Translations under genes and position numbers: made by a program
Part shown: positions 62,701 to 64,000 of the stretch, one piece after another
Position numbering within the stretch: the stretch's first letter is position 1
Layout of the letters: every line of letters starts with the position of its first letter
DNA from: Octopus bimaculoides
Lineage: Eukaryota
Assembly (NCBI RefSeq): GCF_001194135.2
Contig: NC_068993.1
Span: 55,477,165-55,541,164, forward strand
DNA: 64,000 nt
Direction of reading: 5' to 3'
The notes under the pieces: model-generated
Databases searched by the model: none
Told to the model about the DNA's origin: nothing
What the model saw: the letters and a program-made list of their open reading frames with translations, nothing else

Positions 62701-63717
62701 CATCGCTCTTCATATTCTGTCATTTAGAAATGAAATTGGTTAAACACAAAACAAGCCATTTAAGGAGCCTCTTTATAGTTGTTCCACCTACTGGAAATAG
62801 CTGCAAAAAAGTTGATGTGAAAGAAATAATATTGAAAAGCTGCTGAAAGATGAAGTTTGTTTTCTTAAATGAACGTCTTTATTCCAGTTTTGATATCTTT
62901 GTATTAGTGTCTGTATGTGAGAGAGAAAGATATATCTGAAATTCTGTTTACTGTCTTTCACAAGGTGTATGCAAGAGGAAAAGTAACAGAATATCTTTCA
63001 ACAGCCTGACTATAGTTAAGACATTTCTGTTGAGGTTGAATTGCAGTGTTATATATATATATATATATATAAGAAAACGGTGAATGTTCTAGAATCTTCT
63101 ATTCACATTTTGGTACAAAAACCCAGATGATTCTTTTGATGTGTACCAACATTGTCACAACTGCCACAAAATGTAAATGGCTGTAATATATATACGTTGA
63201 TAAGGATGTTGCTTATTTGTGTAGTTTAGTACTGCTGTTGTAAAATTACCAAATATGGTAATATTGGTTTCAAATTTTGGCACAAAGCCAGCAATTTCAG
63301 GGGTGGAGGTAAGTCAGTTATACCAACCCCAGTGTTCAGCTGGTACTTATTTTATCAACCCCAGGAGGATGAAAGGCAAAGTCCACCTCAGCGGCATTTG
63401 AATTCTGAATATAAAGACGAACAAAATGCCAGTAAGCATTTTGCCCAGCATGTTAACAATTCTGCTAGCTGGCCATCTTTACCAAATATGGTAGACCATG
63501 TAGCTAAGTCTAGGCAGAGCTGTTATAGGATTGATTCCAAGGTGCAATCTGCTACTGATCTAAGGTAACCCTGTGTTTCCTCGTATTTTGTAGATATTTC
63601 TTTATTGTTTTTTTTTTCCTTTTCTGTTTTTTAAGGCACTTTATTTGTTGTTGCAATGCGGACATAACACAGAAGAGGCATTGCGAAGAAGGAAGATGCA
63701 AGCAGTATCCCCCACAG
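32798..63717 (+). CDS. MIER1: Mesoderm induction early response protein (MIER family; acidic N-terminus plus ELM2 domain), multi-exon gene span, continues past window end
   Basis: 9 phase-compatible exons give MAE..SSSP, DDERTLEEEE, EGEMP...LL.MYG, EDWKK-VIQVG.DYQA.VPEG, YENEDRLLWDP, H.RDDEQ-ALY.L.QC..NTEEALRR. Invertebrate single-copy co-ortholog of MIER1/2/3. Confidence 0.93.
33125..33152 (+). CDS. MIER1: MIER1 exon 2 (LGGSDSSSP)
   Basis: catttcag/gtaagt, 28 nt, phase 0-1, SSSP motif. Confidence 0.85.
40519..40652 (+). CDS. MIER1: MIER1 exon 3 (DNRDQDFAPTRDMMKHEGYDDERTLEEEEAM...ELDELQK)
   Basis: tttcttag/gttggt, phase 1-0. Confidence 0.93.
50833..52080 (+). mobile_element. Head-to-tail array of ~6 diverged SINE copies separated by ATT-rich tails
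   Basis: Repeated aaggc..gctggcag..ttcaaattcc..ctttgcctttcatc..gataaaataagtacc units starting near 50835, 51052, 51290, 51460, 51636, 51885. Confidence 0.75.
55050..55450 (+). mobile_element. SINE (ggcaccttgggcaagtgtcttctactatagcc...gtggatttggtagacggaaactgaaagaagcc family)
   Basis: Many copies on both strands (~4270-4370, 4530-4670, 10480-10625, 17130-17250, 20130-20420, 21480-21610). Confidence 0.7.
56288..56546 (+). CDS. MIER1: MIER1 exon 4 (EGEMPLENLLAMYG...QTARLLR)
   Basis: ctttccag/gtgagt, phase 0-1. Confidence 0.94.
56570..56760 (-). mobile_element. SINE (tcttttacttgtttcagtcatttgactgcggccatgctggagcaccgcc family)
   Basis: Copies at ~4385-4530, 9740-9790, 10290-10440, 21330-21480, 31340-31500. 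Confidence 0.7.
57920..58180 (+). repeat. ~50-bp-period degenerate tandem repeat made of copies of the MIER1 exon 5 acceptor junction
   Basis: Recurrent tatt.acagcta.cagacag motif at ~57958, 57997, 58050, 58098, 58155. Confidence 0.65.
58164..58243 (+). CDS. MIER1: MIER1 exon 5 (SNSQTGSEDDD...EEDWKK)
   Basis: attaacag/gtaaat, phase 1-0, EDWKK motif. Confidence 0.88.
58925..59275 (+). mobile_element. Tc1/mariner transposase catalytic-domain remnant with DD41D (Visitor/rosa)-type spacing
   Basis: FQQD..TAHT [1-nt frameshift] ...WPSRCPDLTSTEFFLWGYLKERVY..KPETL..LK. Confidence 0.75.
59631..59700 (+). CDS. MIER1: MIER1 exon 6, ELM2 start (VIQVGHDYQAQVPEGLSSYGDAP)
   Basis: ctctttcag/gtaagt, phase 0-1, I.VG..YQA.IP ELM2 signature. 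Confidence 0.94.
60662..60718 (+). CDS. MIER1: MIER1 exon 7 (AYENEDRLLWDPSKLEDSE)
   Basis: attcacag/gtcagt, phase 1-1. Confidence 0.92.
62550..62641 (+). CDS. MIER1: MIER1 exon 8 (VCSYLQQF...GTHVRDDEQ)
   Basis: ctttctag/gttggt, phase 1-0. Confidence 0.9.
63636..63717 (+). CDS. MIER1: MIER1 exon 9 (ALYLLLQCGHNTEEALRRRKMQAVSPT)
   Basis: ttttttaag/gttcgg, phase 0-1, ELM2 C-terminal helix. Confidence 0.92.
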
Positions 63718-64000
63718 GTTCGGCTAATTTCTTTAAAAACTATTTGAATTGCATTTTAATTTTAAAACCCACAGTATGTGGGCACAAAATCCATTAACGC
63801 ATTCACACAAACAAACACAAAAACAATTGACATTTAGTAAATTAATATTTTATTGTGACATCTTCTCCAATCTCAGTCTGATGCAATACTTTCAAAGTCA
63901 CCAATGCAAAGTATACTTTTTAAATCAATTAAGTGTAACTCTATAATATGTATATCCAATTTTGTTTAAAAAAAAAGAAAAAAATTGTTATTTCTATCAC

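Overview
AT-rich, microsatellite- and SINE-dense eukaryotic DNA with many N gaps. The repeat landscape suggests an octopus/cephalopod draft assembly (inference). Two multi-exon genes are arranged head-to-head about 460 bp apart. DNAI4/WDR78 (axonemal dynein intermediate chain) is on the minus strand: 20 well-supported exons reconstructed by hand between 4723 and 29972, a tentative ATG exon at 32300-32334, and an unresolved terminal exon. MIER1 (ELM2-SANT corepressor) is on the plus strand: 9 exons from 32798 to 63717, with the SANT domain beyond the window. This is the same divergent pair found in human. The shared promoter carries mirror-image CCAAT boxes, an RFX X-box and a YY1 motif. Introns hold tRNA-derived SINEs, RTE and R4/Dong-type LINE fragments and Tc1/mariner remnants. 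The most striking non-coding element is a Schistosoma-type extended type I hammerhead ribozyme motif (17331-17399, one core substitution) inside a hairpin-rich ~280-nt segment, a candidate retrozyme. Several candidate alternative exons, a duplicated pseudo-exon and a decoy splice-acceptor array were also found. All homology calls are from manual translation and recall; no searches were run.
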